Below, piece after piece: positions 9,661 through 18,628 of a DNA stretch of 60,489 nucleotides; within the stretch, counting starts at the first letter, position 1, and the number at the start of each line of letters is the position of its first letter. A program made the translations under genes and the position numbers. This DNA is from a virus. Taxonomy: Duplodnaviria > Caudoviricetes. The notes below the pieces were generated by a model. It saw nothing but the letters and a program-made list of their open reading frames with translations. It had not been told where the DNA came from and made no database searches. Location: the IMG/VR virus record IMGVR_UViG_3300037336_000242, positions 1 to 60,489 of that record. One strand, 5' to 3'.

Positions 9661-10467
9661 ATGCCAAAACAAGCAATCGTCACCCCAAAACCTGTTGTCC
9701 TCACCATCGAGCAATTGCAAGCAATGAGCTGGACTTGTGTGTCTCACTCTGTTGACACCGTAGAATGCGATCAAGAAACAGTCATTGTTGGCATCGAATA
9801 TGACGAAGAAGGCAATGAAGTTGACGTTGAGCGCGAGTATTTCAATCGCTACGCATACGGCACTGCAACAATGCGGGCGGGCGAAAATCCAGCGGTTGAA
9901 ATCTCATTTACATGGGAGGCCGGCCATGAGGAAAAACACAGCTATGAAGATAGCTTTGATTTTGACTTGTGCGTTCACGCTGACAGTGAAATCAAGCTGA
10001 CAGGCTGCAATCTGGTCGATGAGGATGGTGATGCAGTAGAGGGCTGGGAACTAGGCCATGCACTGACCGAAATCGCAGCGGGTTGCGAATGGGAGGCCAT
10101 GGTTCGCGCCGACCTGCCAATACCTGAAACCGAAGTGCTGGAAACGGCAACCGAAGGGCAAGACATCACTGTATGGCGCGATAACGCCCCTGAAATCGCA
10201 TTTAAAGGCGCATGTATTGGCGGCGCGTCAAGCCGTAGTCAGTACAACGACAACGGACGCTGGACAGACCTGTATCTGTACCAGACCGTAGGCGGCAAGT
10301 TTGTCTGCTACGAGCGCAATAATTCGCAGTGGCAAGGCGAGCGCACCAAGCACAAAGCCGAAGTCTGCACCAACCACGCCGAAGTCGTTGCATGGTTCGG
10401 TCAAGGCCGTGTAGCCAAAGAACTGTATGCAGACGCTGGCATCAGCAACGTGCAAGTGATCGACTAA
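9661..10467 (+). CDS. Acidic hypothetical protein, first gene of the Cas-cassette transcript
   Basis: 268-aa ORF with RBS (AGGA), very D/E-rich N-terminal two-thirds; no family recognised with confidence. Confidence 0.8.
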   Translation: MPKQAIVTPKPVVLTIEQLQAMSWTCVSHSVDTVECDQETVIVGIEYDEEGNEVDVEREYFNRYAYGTATMRAGENPAVEISFTWEAGHEEKHSYEDSFDFDLCVHADSEIKLTGCNLVDEDGDAVEGWELGHALTEIAAGCEWEAMVRADLPIPETEVLETATEGQDITVWRDNAPEIAFKGACIGGASSRSQYNDNGRWTDLYLYQTVGGKFVCYERNNSQWQGERTKHKAEVCTNHAEVVAWFGQGRVAKELYADAGISNVQVID

Positions 10468-10484
10468 TCAGACACACAAAAGCC

Positions 10485-10514
10485 AAAAGCCTAGCCGCGT
10501 GCTGGGCTTTTTTT
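10485..10514 (+). terminator. Rho-independent terminator
   Basis: AAAAGCCTAGC-CGCGT-GCTGGGCTTTT stem-loop followed by a T run. Confidence 0.75.
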
Positions 10515-10774
10515 ATATCTCGGATTCGGGATTGGTCAAGCCAAACAACAACACCCTAGCTTCAAAGCTTAGTATCCCGTCACGCGGGATTGGTCGGAGC
10601 GTATGCTTTGCCCGTTCAGCAACATGATGGTATCCCGTCACACGCTGGATTATTCGATGATGATCTGGCTGGACTACCACCAAGATTCAGCATCTCGGAT
10701 TCGGGATTGGTCGGAATCACTGCCAAATGATTGGGGCAGCAAGACTGCATCCCGTAACACATGGGATTGGACTA
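10515..10774 (+). CRISPR. Leaderless degenerate CRISPR array: 5 repeats (25-28 nt), 4 spacers of exactly 32 nt
   Basis: Repeats at 10515 ATATCTCGGATTCGGGATTGGTCAA, 10572 GTATCCCGTCACGCGGGATTGGTCGG, 10630 GTATCCCGTCACACGCTGGATTATTCGA, 10690 GCATCTCGGATTCGGGATTGGTCGG, 10747 GCATCCCGTAACACATGGGATTGGACTA. Confidence 0.88.
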
Positions 10775-10793
10775 GGTTTTACAAGGCACCGAC

Positions 10794-10994
10794 ATGGCAA
10801 TGACCAACAGAGAAAAGCAAGCCGCCTACCGCAAGCGAAACGCGGGGCTGATTGTAAAGGCGGTAATCACGCCACAGGCAAAAGAAGCACTTGATCGATT
10901 GGTTGCGGTTGAACCTACGCAATCACAAGGGCAAGTGATCAGTGAAGCATTGATACAGTTTAAGGACGGGAAAGATGAAAATGACACCGTTTAA
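10794..10994 (+). CDS. Small DNA-binding protein (ribbon-helix-helix-like), candidate cassette regulator
   Basis: MTNREKQAAYRKR basic helix then VKAVITPQAKEALDRL...SQGQVISEAL strand-helix-helix pattern; overlaps csf3 start. Confidence 0.6.
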   Translation: MAMTNREKQAAYRKRNAGLIVKAVITPQAKEALDRLVAVEPTQSQGQVISEALIQFKDGKDENDTV

Positions 10995-11619
10995 AGTCAC
11001 CTGCCACGTCGCCACCCCAATGCAGCTAGGCAGCCACCCGCTGCACCTAGACGGCTTGCTGTACTGGTTGGCTATCGAGCATCAAGCTGATGCACAAGAC
11101 GTGCTAGACGTTTGCCTAGACCAACAGGCGGGTATCTATAAAGCAAGCGCCTTGTGCTTTGCCCCACAGCCGCTAGAAATCGTCACCACCCGCGCCGCGT
11201 CGCATCCAACCTGCTGGAAATGGAATGAGTTTAGCCTGCCAACAAGCGCAAAAACCATTGTGCAAAAAGGTGGGCCGTACCGGTCGAGAATGACCAGCTA
11301 CACTGCCTACCAATGCAGCCAAGTCGTGTTTTTTGGCGTAGGCGATATGACCAAGATTCAGGCGTTACTGTCCACATGCAATGGTCTAGGTCGCAACAGC
11401 AACCAAGGTTGGGGCGAAATAACCGCGATTGAAATCGAGCCGATGGATCAGGATTGTTCGTGGTTTATGGATGATCAGATCATGCGGACGCTACCGCTGG
11501 ACTTAATCCCAAGCAACACAGATACAAGCCACGCGCTGCAAGGACTGGCAAGCATTGCACCGCCTTACACCACCACCGCCAAACAAGCCACACAATCCCC
11601 CGTTTTTCTAAAGGTATAA
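10975..11619 (+). CDS. csf3: Type IV CRISPR Csf3 (Cas5 group)
   Basis: PFKVTCHVATP...LHLDGLL N-terminus, Gly-rich GLGRNSNQGWG loop, MRTLP. Confidence 0.88.
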   Translation: MKMTPFKVTCHVATPMQLGSHPLHLDGLLYWLAIEHQADAQDVLDVCLDQQAGIYKASALCFAPQPLEIVTTRAASHPTCWKWNEFSLPTSAKTIVQKGGPYRSRMTSYTAYQCSQVVFFGVGDMTKIQALLSTCNGLGRNSNQGWGEITAIEIEPMDQDCSWFMDDQIMRTLPLDLIPSNTDTSHALQGLASIAPPYTTTAKQATQSPVFLKV

Positions 11620-11623
11620 CGCT

Positions 11624-12610
11624 ATGAAAACAATCTTTTTCGCTGGCAAAATCAAAACCGTATCACCGGTTGCCGTGACCGTTCCCGATACCGTCGGCAT
11701 GCCAAAAGATAGCGCCGGTAACGCCTATCTGCCTGCAAATAGCATCCGTGGCAAGTTGCGCCACAGCCTGCATGAAGCAATCGCACGCCATTATGCAGAT
11801 CAAGGCAAGCCGCTTACAGTCGATCAGCATTACATGCTTGGTAGTGGCGTAGACACAGCACGCGCACTGAAAGATACCAGCAGCAACATCGGTGCAAATA
11901 CCGCACGCCGCGCCGCCAATCCAGTATTGTCGGTTTTTGGCAATTGGGGCTTGGCTGGCAAGTTAGGCGTGGGCAGCGGCTACACTGGCACAAAGGCGGT
12001 TATTCACGGCGCGGGCGTTCGTAAGCACGTCGGCAAGGAGTGGCTAGATCAAATAATCGACCTATCGGAAATCGACTACTTAACCGAAATCCTAAGCCAA
12101 GACGGGCAAACCAGCCAAGACTCGCAACCGATCAAAGACCGCCAAAAACTGCTCAAGCGTGAACTGAAAGGCGCGGACGCTACCCGCAAAACCGAAATCA
12201 ATACTGAGCTGGCAGACCTTGATCAGCAGCTACGCGAACTCAAAGACTTGCGCACTGGGGCAAGCGAAAGCATCCAACGCCCGCTAGAAGGTTTTGAGGT
12301 GATCGACCACGGCACAACCATGCCGCACCGCATGATCTTAAAGAACCCAACAGACACCGAGCTACACACGGTGTTACTGAGCATTGCAGCGTGGGCGTAT
12401 GAGCCGATGATTGGTGGGCATCACAATCTTGGGTGCGGCAATATCGACGCAGAATGGGAAATCTACGAACAAGCATTTTTGTCGAATGCGCGTACCAAAA
12501 TTGGCACGGTCGGATTTAATGAAACGGGCTTTTTTGTCGAAGGCATTGTGTTTGATGCAGCGGCAACACTGCAACACATCACCACTGATTTTGACTTGGC
12601 ACAGGTATAA
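11624..12610 (+). CDS. csf2: Type IV CRISPR Csf2 (Cas7 group)
   Basis: YLPANSIRGKLRH, RAANPVLSVFG, LAGKLGVG, MIGGHHNLGCG. Confidence 0.92.
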   Translation: MKTIFFAGKIKTVSPVAVTVPDTVGMPKDSAGNAYLPANSIRGKLRHSLHEAIARHYADQGKPLTVDQHYMLGSGVDTARALKDTSSNIGANTARRAANPVLSVFGNWGLAGKLGVGSGYTGTKAVIHGAGVRKHVGKEWLDQIIDLSEIDYLTEILSQDGQTSQDSQPIKDRQKLLKRELKGADATRKTEINTELADLDQQLRELKDLRTGASESIQRPLEGFEVIDHGTTMPHRMILKNPTDTELHTVLLSIAAWAYEPMIGGHHNLGCGNIDAEWEIYEQAFLSNARTKIGTVGFNETGFFVEGIVFDAAATLQHITTDFDLAQV

Positions 12611-12612
12611 CC

Positions 12613-13359
12613 ATGAATGCCATCTTAGGCGCACGGCTTCGCGCAACTTTCGCGCCTGAAATGGCGAATGAAGCCCCACAAGATTGTAATTCAGACTGTG
12701 AAAACTGCGGGCGTAAGCCGTCGGAATATGGCGGCGTGGCGTATGTCAGCACGGACAGCTACAAGCGGCAATTGGCACACTGTCCCGATTGCCGACCGAT
12801 CAGCATTCAAGCCCCACAGACGCTAGGGATTGCGATTGAACCCGCTACGGGCTTTACCCTTGCCACATTCAAAGGCGGTTACTTGGTTGTCCCTGCGACT
12901 GACAAGCCATCACTACTTGTATCTGGCAAGTACCCTGCCAAAATCCACCAACACGCGGTTGACGTGGTGCCGCTTGGTGGACACGCTGCTAAAGCATGGT
13001 TATTCAGCAATCACCAAGCCGATAGCTATGTGTTAGAGCTATCGCCACGGCGTGAACGGTTTAGCCGCCATGCCATGCCATGTGACCATAATCACTTGGT
13101 GATTGCCACTACAAGCGGCGCGGCAAAAATCAGCCTATCTGACTGGCAAAATAGCCGTGACGCGCTACGCGGCATCGCCAAATACAAAGACGTGATCAGC
13201 TTGGCGCGTGGACTCACAGAGGGGCGCTTGCACTTGTCCAGCGACAAGGTACAAGCGGCATTAACACCCGAAATCATGGCGGTTTTATCCGCACTACCTA
13301 AAGACCCCATTTCGCGCTGTTTCGTGTTAGACGCGCTCAGTGGCTTGGAGGCTGTATGA
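12613..13359 (+). CDS. csf1: Type IV Csf1 (Cas8-like large subunit)
   Basis: 248 aa with N-terminal CENC...CPDC zinc finger, located between csf2 and cas6. Confidence 0.65.
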   Translation: MNAILGARLRATFAPEMANEAPQDCNSDCENCGRKPSEYGGVAYVSTDSYKRQLAHCPDCRPISIQAPQTLGIAIEPATGFTLATFKGGYLVVPATDKPSLLVSGKYPAKIHQHAVDVVPLGGHAAKAWLFSNHQADSYVLELSPRRERFSRHAMPCDHNHLVIATTSGAAKISLSDWQNSRDALRGIAKYKDVISLARGLTEGRLHLSSDKVQAALTPEIMAVLSALPKDPISRCFVLDALSGLEAV

Positions 13360-13886
13360 ATCACTTATTTGCACTAAAGCCGCACAATGAAGCGCACAAG
13401 GCGGTTATGGCTGTTTTGCACAAGACAGGGCAAGACTGGAAAACCAAAGGCACGCGCAAAATTCAGTTTGCCAATCTTGGCAGCCTGATCTTGGTTCGCA
13501 CCAATCAGCAGCCAACAGGCATCCCGTGCAAAGCAGATGCGCCGGTATTCAGCACAGGCCAACGCCTAACGCTACAGGTCATCCTACCCGCACAAAAACG
13601 GGCGCGGGACTACCGCACAGCACCCGCAATCCGCACACAGTCAGAAATGAATGATCTTGCATCGGCATTGCTTGCTGAAAATGGCTTGTCTGTGGATAGC
13701 ATCGAGGGCAAGCCAGCACATTCTGCTTTTTTCAAAAAAGACGGTCGGACAACGGTTATTGCTGCAATGCACTTTGTCGCCACCGCCACCGTTACCGACC
13801 CGCAAGCCCTTGCGATTGCCTATACCCAAGGCGTCGGCCGCGAGAAATCGTTAGGGTTTGGCATGCTCATTGTGAAGGAGGTTTGA
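13356..13886 (+). CDS. cas6: Cas6 (Cas6e/Csf5-like) crRNA-processing endoribonuclease
   Basis: C-terminal VTDPQALAIAYTQGVGREKSLGFGML G-rich loop. Confidence 0.88.
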   Translation: MNHLFALKPHNEAHKAVMAVLHKTGQDWKTKGTRKIQFANLGSLILVRTNQQPTGIPCKADAPVFSTGQRLTLQVILPAQKRARDYRTAPAIRTQSEMNDLASALLAENGLSVDSIEGKPAHSAFFKKDGRTTVIAAMHFVATATVTDPQALAIAYTQGVGREKSLGFGMLIVKEV

Positions 13887-13888
13887 TT

Positions 13889-15796
13889 ATGTTTGATCTA
13901 GTTAAAAAGGCGTTCGCGCCGACTGGTTTTTTGGTCGAGCAAGGCGGGCGGCATACGCCAGAACAAGGCAACTACGCGCTATCCGTAGCCGTAACCCTGC
14001 TATCACAAGGCAAGATGAATCTAAGCCTGTTAGAAGCTGAAACAGGCGTAGGAAAGTCGCTAGGCTACCTGATTCCTAGCTTGATCTGGTTGGCTCAAAA
14101 TCCCAAAAAACAGATTGTGGTCAGCACGTTTACCCGCGCACTGCAAAAGCAATTGATCGACGAAGATGCACAGAAAGCCTGTCAGTTTTTGGTAGCCAGT
14201 GGCTTGCCCGCTGTTAAGGTCGCCTACAGAATGGGCAAGGCTTCGTTTTTCTCAATTGATCGTGTGGCACTCCTGATTGCTGAAATTCAAACCGAACAAA
14301 ACAAGGCTTTGCTGCATGAGTTTTACCAGTACGCGCTGCATTCAGCATCACATGGTTCTGGCCTGTGGCGTGACTGGATCGACGAACACGGGCAGTTTCC
14401 ATGCGACATTAGCCCCAACAGCATCGGCTTGATTGGCGACCAAACCAGCATCGCTTATGAAGCGCATCTGACCGCGTCCAAAGAAGCCCAACTGCTGATC
14501 ACCAATCACGCCACCATGCTGATTGCAGTTAGCCGCAAAATCCTAGACCTTGATCGGGTTCACGCCATTATTTTTGATGAAGCACACGAACTCGAAGCAG
14601 CGGCCAAAAGTTTCTTAAACACCCGCCTAAACTTTACCGAGCTACTGAGCAAGACGCACGGTATGGATGGACACGCCGCAATCGCTGACTTACTAAAACA
14701 GTGGACAGAGGATCTATCCAGCCACGTCAACAAAAGCCTGATCAATAGCGAACACCCCGCGCTTATGCTACAGCAGCAGGGCAACGCTGAAAAACTGCTT
14801 GACCTGCTAAAAGGCACGCTAGGCAAACTAAGCACCAAGCAACGCAAGGCCGACTCTGGCATCGAGCTTGCCGAACTTGTCGAGCGAGTCGGTTCGTGGT
14901 GCGCCGGTGCGGAAAGCACGCAGCGTAAGGCAATCGCGTTTTCTGACAAAAAGTCTATTCCTAGCCTTGCGATGGTTTCGAGTGCGGCCGCGCCTTTCCT
15001 ACGCAATCTGTTTGAGCAACTGAATAGCAATGTGATTATGACCAGTGCAACACTGGCAGATATGCAGCCGCAAACATCGTTTTTTAACATCAAATTCAGT
15101 GCAGGTTTGCGTGACTTTACAATCTGCCAAGAACGGCGTTATAGCCCTAATCAGTACGGCACAATGACATTCGCAGTCACTGAGTATGAAGGCGGTATCT
15201 TTAGCGGTAAAAGTGACGATGAAGCTGATGAAGTTTGCTACAGCGCGGCATGGCTCAAGCAAACAGCAGAAACAATCATGTCAAGCCGTGGCAAGACGCT
15301 AGTGCTGGTTCCGTCATTTCGTGAGGCCAAGTTATTGGCGGGTTTGTTGCCAAAAGATCAGGTGATTTGTCACCAGCCAAACCAGCCAAACTACCAAGTC
15401 ACACAGACGTTAATCAGTGGCGATAGTCGTATCCTCATTACGCCGTCATGCTGGGAAGGGGTCAATATCCGCAATGCCGACGGTTCGCAGGTTTTAGAGA
15501 CGATTGTGATTAGCCGCATTCCCTACGCGCCGCCTGATTTGGTGCGCCTTACTGCACTGAGCAACTACCTAAAGGACAAGTCAGAGGCAAACAAAATCAT
15601 CCATCTAATGTCACGCCAAGCCGCGTTACGCAAGGTCAAGCAGGGTATTGGGCGCGGCATTCGTAGCCCAAATGATCGGGTGCATGTAGTCTTTTGCGAC
15701 CCGCGCATCAAGGCGGCGCGGCATGCAATCCCTAAGCGGTTTGTGGCGGCGTTTGATCTGGCAGTCAACAAGGGTAAAATCACCAATGTTTTTTAG
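13889..15796 (+). CDS. dinG: CasDinG (Csf4) 5'-3' helicase
   Basis: EAETGVGKS Walker A, IFDEAHE, SATL, WEGVN, KQGIGRGIRS; GGAGG RBS before ATG 13889. Confidence 0.93.
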   Translation: MFDLVKKAFAPTGFLVEQGGRHTPEQGNYALSVAVTLLSQGKMNLSLLEAETGVGKSLGYLIPSLIWLAQNPKKQIVVSTFTRALQKQLIDEDAQKACQFLVASGLPAVKVAYRMGKASFFSIDRVALLIAEIQTEQNKALLHEFYQYALHSASHGSGLWRDWIDEHGQFPCDISPNSIGLIGDQTSIAYEAHLTASKEAQLLITNHATMLIAVSRKILDLDRVHAIIFDEAHELEAAAKSFLNTRLNFTELLSKTHGMDGHAAIADLLKQWTEDLSSHVNKSLINSEHPALMLQQQGNAEKLLDLLKGTLGKLSTKQRKADSGIELAELVERVGSWCAGAESTQRKAIAFSDKKSIPSLAMVSSAAAPFLRNLFEQLNSNVIMTSATLADMQPQTSFFNIKFSAGLRDFTICQERRYSPNQYGTMTFAVTEYEGGIFSGKSDDEADEVCYSAAWLKQTAETIMSSRGKTLVLVPSFREAKLLAGLLPKDQVICHQPNQPNYQVTQTLISGDSRILITPSCWEGVNIRNADGSQVLETIVISRIPYAPPDLVRLTALSNYLKDKSEANKIIHLMSRQAALRKVKQGIGRGIRSPNDRVHVVFCDPRIKAARHAIPKRFVAAFDLAVNKGKITNVF

Positions 15797-15911
15797 TCGC
15801 CTTTAACGCACTGTTTTTGCTTTGCTTTTTTTGGGTCACTGAAAATTGGGTTAAATGCTGAATTTAGCCGATACTCTTTAAAAATCAGATGGTTTTGGTT
15901 GGATGGTTACA
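15797..15911 (+). promoter_or_regulatory. CRISPR leader with IHF-like site
   Basis: AT-rich 115 bp containing CTCTTTAAAAATCAGATGGTTT, resembling WATCARNNNNTT of type I-E/I-F leaders. Confidence 0.65.
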
Positions 15912-16299
15912 GTATCCCGTCAGGTGCGGGATTTAGCGGAAAACATACGCCCGCAAACTGGCAAACAAGGCGTATCCCGTCAGGTGCGGGATTTAGCGGA
16001 AAAGTGACTTGATTGTCACTGTTACCCTTTTGTATCCCGTCAGGTGCGGGATTTAGCGGAGTGTTAAGGCGTTACAAGACCAACGACTCTAGTATCCCGT
16101 CAGGTGCGGGATTTAGCGGTTGTCGAAGCATTCAGGTTGCCAGAGTGCAAAGTATCCCGTCAGGTGCGGGATTTAGCGGAACTGGTAGATTTGGTCGGGT
16201 TCGATCGGTTGGTATCCCGTTAGGTACGGGATTGGTCGGTCTTGTCCTTCACCAAGTCGAGCGTAACCCGCGTATCCCGTCGTGTACGGGATTGGTTGC
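15912..16299 (+). CRISPR. CRISPR array: 7 repeats of 28 nt, 6 spacers of 32 nt
   Basis: GTATCCCGTCAGGTGCGGGATTTAGCGG identical at 15912, 15972, 16032, 16092, 16152; variants at 16212 and 16272; exact 60-nt period. Confidence 0.98.
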
Positions 16300-16302
16300 C
16301 GC

Positions 16303-16938
16303 CTACCAGTCGCCCGCGTTGCCTAGCATCATCGGATACATTTTCTGAAAGCCAAGCTGAAGCTGCAAAGGGTCACGGTCGCTGCCAGACAAGTCTAGCG
16401 AACTGCTGGTAAGCGCCACAATCCAGTTAAAATCTGCTGGTTTGGTTTTTTTATTGTTTCGGTCAAATAAATATATCCGCATGTTTAGCAGGTAATCGTA
16501 GGGTAGCCCTTGCGTCCCGTCCCGCTTGAACATCGCCCTCTTAATGGCTTGCACCATCCTGATAATATCGCCATTGGCTGTTTCTAAAAAAGTGACTTGC
16601 ACCTCACTAGAGCTATTGCCCGTAATGTAATTTTGTTGGTGTGCCCCAATTTGCACACTGTCATTTTGCGCATCGAGTAGCCCAAAATTAACCGACGTTG
16701 CAAGCCACGGCAAAGCCCAGCCCAGACCATCAGGCTGCAATGCCAACACAGACCCAAGCACCCCGCCTGCACTGATTGGACTTGGATTTACTGGTGATAG
16801 CTCTACAACATAATGCGCCTTTGATAGCGTACCAAGTGCGTACACCTGCTTATACGCCGCCTTCAATTCCTTAGAATCCAAACCAGACCACGGTGCATTA
16901 CTCGCCTTTTTTGAAATATCTATATCTATTCCGGCCAT
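16303..16938 (-). CDS. Putative baseplate / tube-initiator-like virion protein
   Basis: Coupled to portal gene; tube-like pattern VQVTFLETANG...LQLQLGF. Confidence 0.5.
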   Translation of the reverse strand: MAGIDIDISKKASNAPWSGLDSKELKAAYKQVYALGTLSKAHYVVELSPVNPSPISAGGVLGSVLALQPDGLGWALPWLATSVNFGLLDAQNDSVQIGAHQQNYITGNSSSEVQVTFLETANGDIIRMVQAIKRAMFKRDGTQGLPYDYLLNMRIYLFDRNNKKTKPADFNWIVALTSSSLDLSGSDRDPLQLQLGFQKMYPMMLGNAGDW

Positions 16939-18554
16939 TACTCATCCTCCATGCCATCGTCTTGCTCAGTATCTGCATCGTCTGTAGCTGGATCATCGGC
17001 TTGTGGCGGTTGCCCTTGCGGGTCGCCGCCTTCTTCACCTTCAGGCGCGGCTGGCTTCAAGTCTTTGGCTAGTTTTTCGGCTTCCTCAAAAGTCAGCCCT
17101 GCCTGTTTCTCCAGCAGCATCGCCAAGTTTTGCGTGGACAGGCCAACTTCTTTAATGATGCTAAGCGCTTGCCCCGTCATCATTAGGCCATTCATGCGGT
17201 TATTCTGGTTAGTCAGTTGCTCAGTCGCCATAGCCGCTTGATCGCTGTAGAAGTCAAAATCCCACGGCTGATCAGCTTCATCAAACGCCTCACCATACCG
17301 ATAACCCCAATCCAACGCAGCCAAGCGATTCAAGGCTTGACTGAGCGCCTGCCGAACCATTACCGACCGTCTGGCAATACTGGCCGACGTGTGAAACGCC
17401 GCGCCATCGCCTAAGCCGCCCGCCAACATATCAGCCCAACCGACCTGTGACATATCAATGCCGATACCGCCTAGCAGCCGCTGCATATTAAAGCGTAGGT
17501 ACTCGATATTGAGGGGTGCGCCGCGTTGCCCTGCAATGTCACCAACAGGATTTAACACCTGTTTTTCGCCCCACGCTGGCAACACATGCCACTGAGTAGC
17601 CCAAACCGATTCACCGCCCGTTAAGGCTTCACGGACGTAGGATTCATGGCTTTTTACGATCTGCTGCAAACCTTGCTTGTATTTTTTTTGCTGTTCGGGG
17701 GGCATGCCAGACATATCGACCGACAAAAACATCTGCTTCACAGAATCAGCAATTTGTTGGCTATTCAGGCTTGCCAGTGACACATGCACGTTTTGCCACG
17801 GCTCTTCGACCTCAAACAAAAATGAACCGCCCACGGGTGCGGCAATAATCGGCAATTCGCTACGGTTATTCGATTGCAGCATTCTAGCCCTGATAATACC
17901 TTGCACGGGTTCCCACTGTGGCACATGGGTAGTCCGTGGCATCTTCATGCGCACAAGCTGGTTTGTGGTAAGTTTGGTGATTGCCCGTTCCCAATCGCGT
18001 GATTCTAACGCCTGAAAGCCGACGGTGCGTCCGCCTTGCTCAAAGGACTGGATCAGCGGTGGAAAGGTAAATTCATCACAGATAATATCGACCACGCCCA
18101 CCCCTCTCTCGGCATAGTTGCGCACATAGGCGTCACCATAGCGCAGGGCGTCTGAGCAAACCTTGAATACAATCCGGTTAATCAATGGCTCTAAATGCCG
18201 CCGCCGCGACTCTACTTTTTTGCGCATTTCCGCGTTGCGCAACCCCTTGCCACGGTAGCGCACAGCAGGAACCATAAACACCATATCACCACGCGCCGCG
18301 TCGCCACCAAGCGCAGCCGTCACATGCAAGTTCAGTGCTTCCGATAGCGATGGATCAACCGACATTCGCTGCCATTGCGTGTAAATATCCTTTCTGTGTC
18401 GCCGCTTAGTTTCTTTGGTTTCGTAGGTGCCAAGCGTGAAAGGGGCTTGCGCCTCATAAATCGGGTTCACGTCGTTAATGCTTGGCATTTGCTCAGTCTG
18501 AGCTGCTAAGCGGTTCGATATAAGCCGATCTGCTAACCAGTCGCCAAAGCTCAT
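16938..18554 (-). CDS. prt: Portal protein (P1 Prt-like)
   Basis: SEALNLHVTAALG and GWADMLAGGLGDG match recalled P1 Prt; acidic tail. Confidence 0.85.
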   Translation of the reverse strand: MSFGDWLADRLISNRLAAQTEQMPSINDVNPIYEAQAPFTLGTYETKETKRRHRKDIYTQWQRMSVDPSLSEALNLHVTAALGGDAARGDMVFMVPAVRYRGKGLRNAEMRKKVESRRRHLEPLINRIVFKVCSDALRYGDAYVRNYAERGVGVVDIICDEFTFPPLIQSFEQGGRTVGFQALESRDWERAITKLTTNQLVRMKMPRTTHVPQWEPVQGIIRARMLQSNNRSELPIIAAPVGGSFLFEVEEPWQNVHVSLASLNSQQIADSVKQMFLSVDMSGMPPEQQKKYKQGLQQIVKSHESYVREALTGGESVWATQWHVLPAWGEKQVLNPVGDIAGQRGAPLNIEYLRFNMQRLLGGIGIDMSQVGWADMLAGGLGDGAAFHTSASIARRSVMVRQALSQALNRLAALDWGYRYGEAFDEADQPWDFDFYSDQAAMATEQLTNQNNRMNGLMMTGQALSIIKEVGLSTQNLAMLLEKQAGLTFEEAEKLAKDLKPAAPEGEEGGDPQGQPPQADDPATDDADTEQDDGMEDE

Positions 18555-18585
18555 AAAAATGCCAATCTATACGGTAGATTGGCAC

Positions 18586-18627
18586 ATTGTGGCCGCGCAT
18601 TGGCTTGTGGTCGCCGCTGGTTCCATT
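18586..18627 (-). promoter_or_regulatory. Putative late promoter AATGGAACC-N27-CACAAT
   Basis: Conserved motif upstream of portal. Confidence 0.7.
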
Positions 18628-18628
18628 G

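Noticed and set aside
10603-10803. 66-aa ORF
   Set aside because: Translation of CRISPR repeats and spacers
16013-16348. 111-aa ORF with IPSGAGFSG repeats
   Set aside because: Artefact of the 60-nt array period
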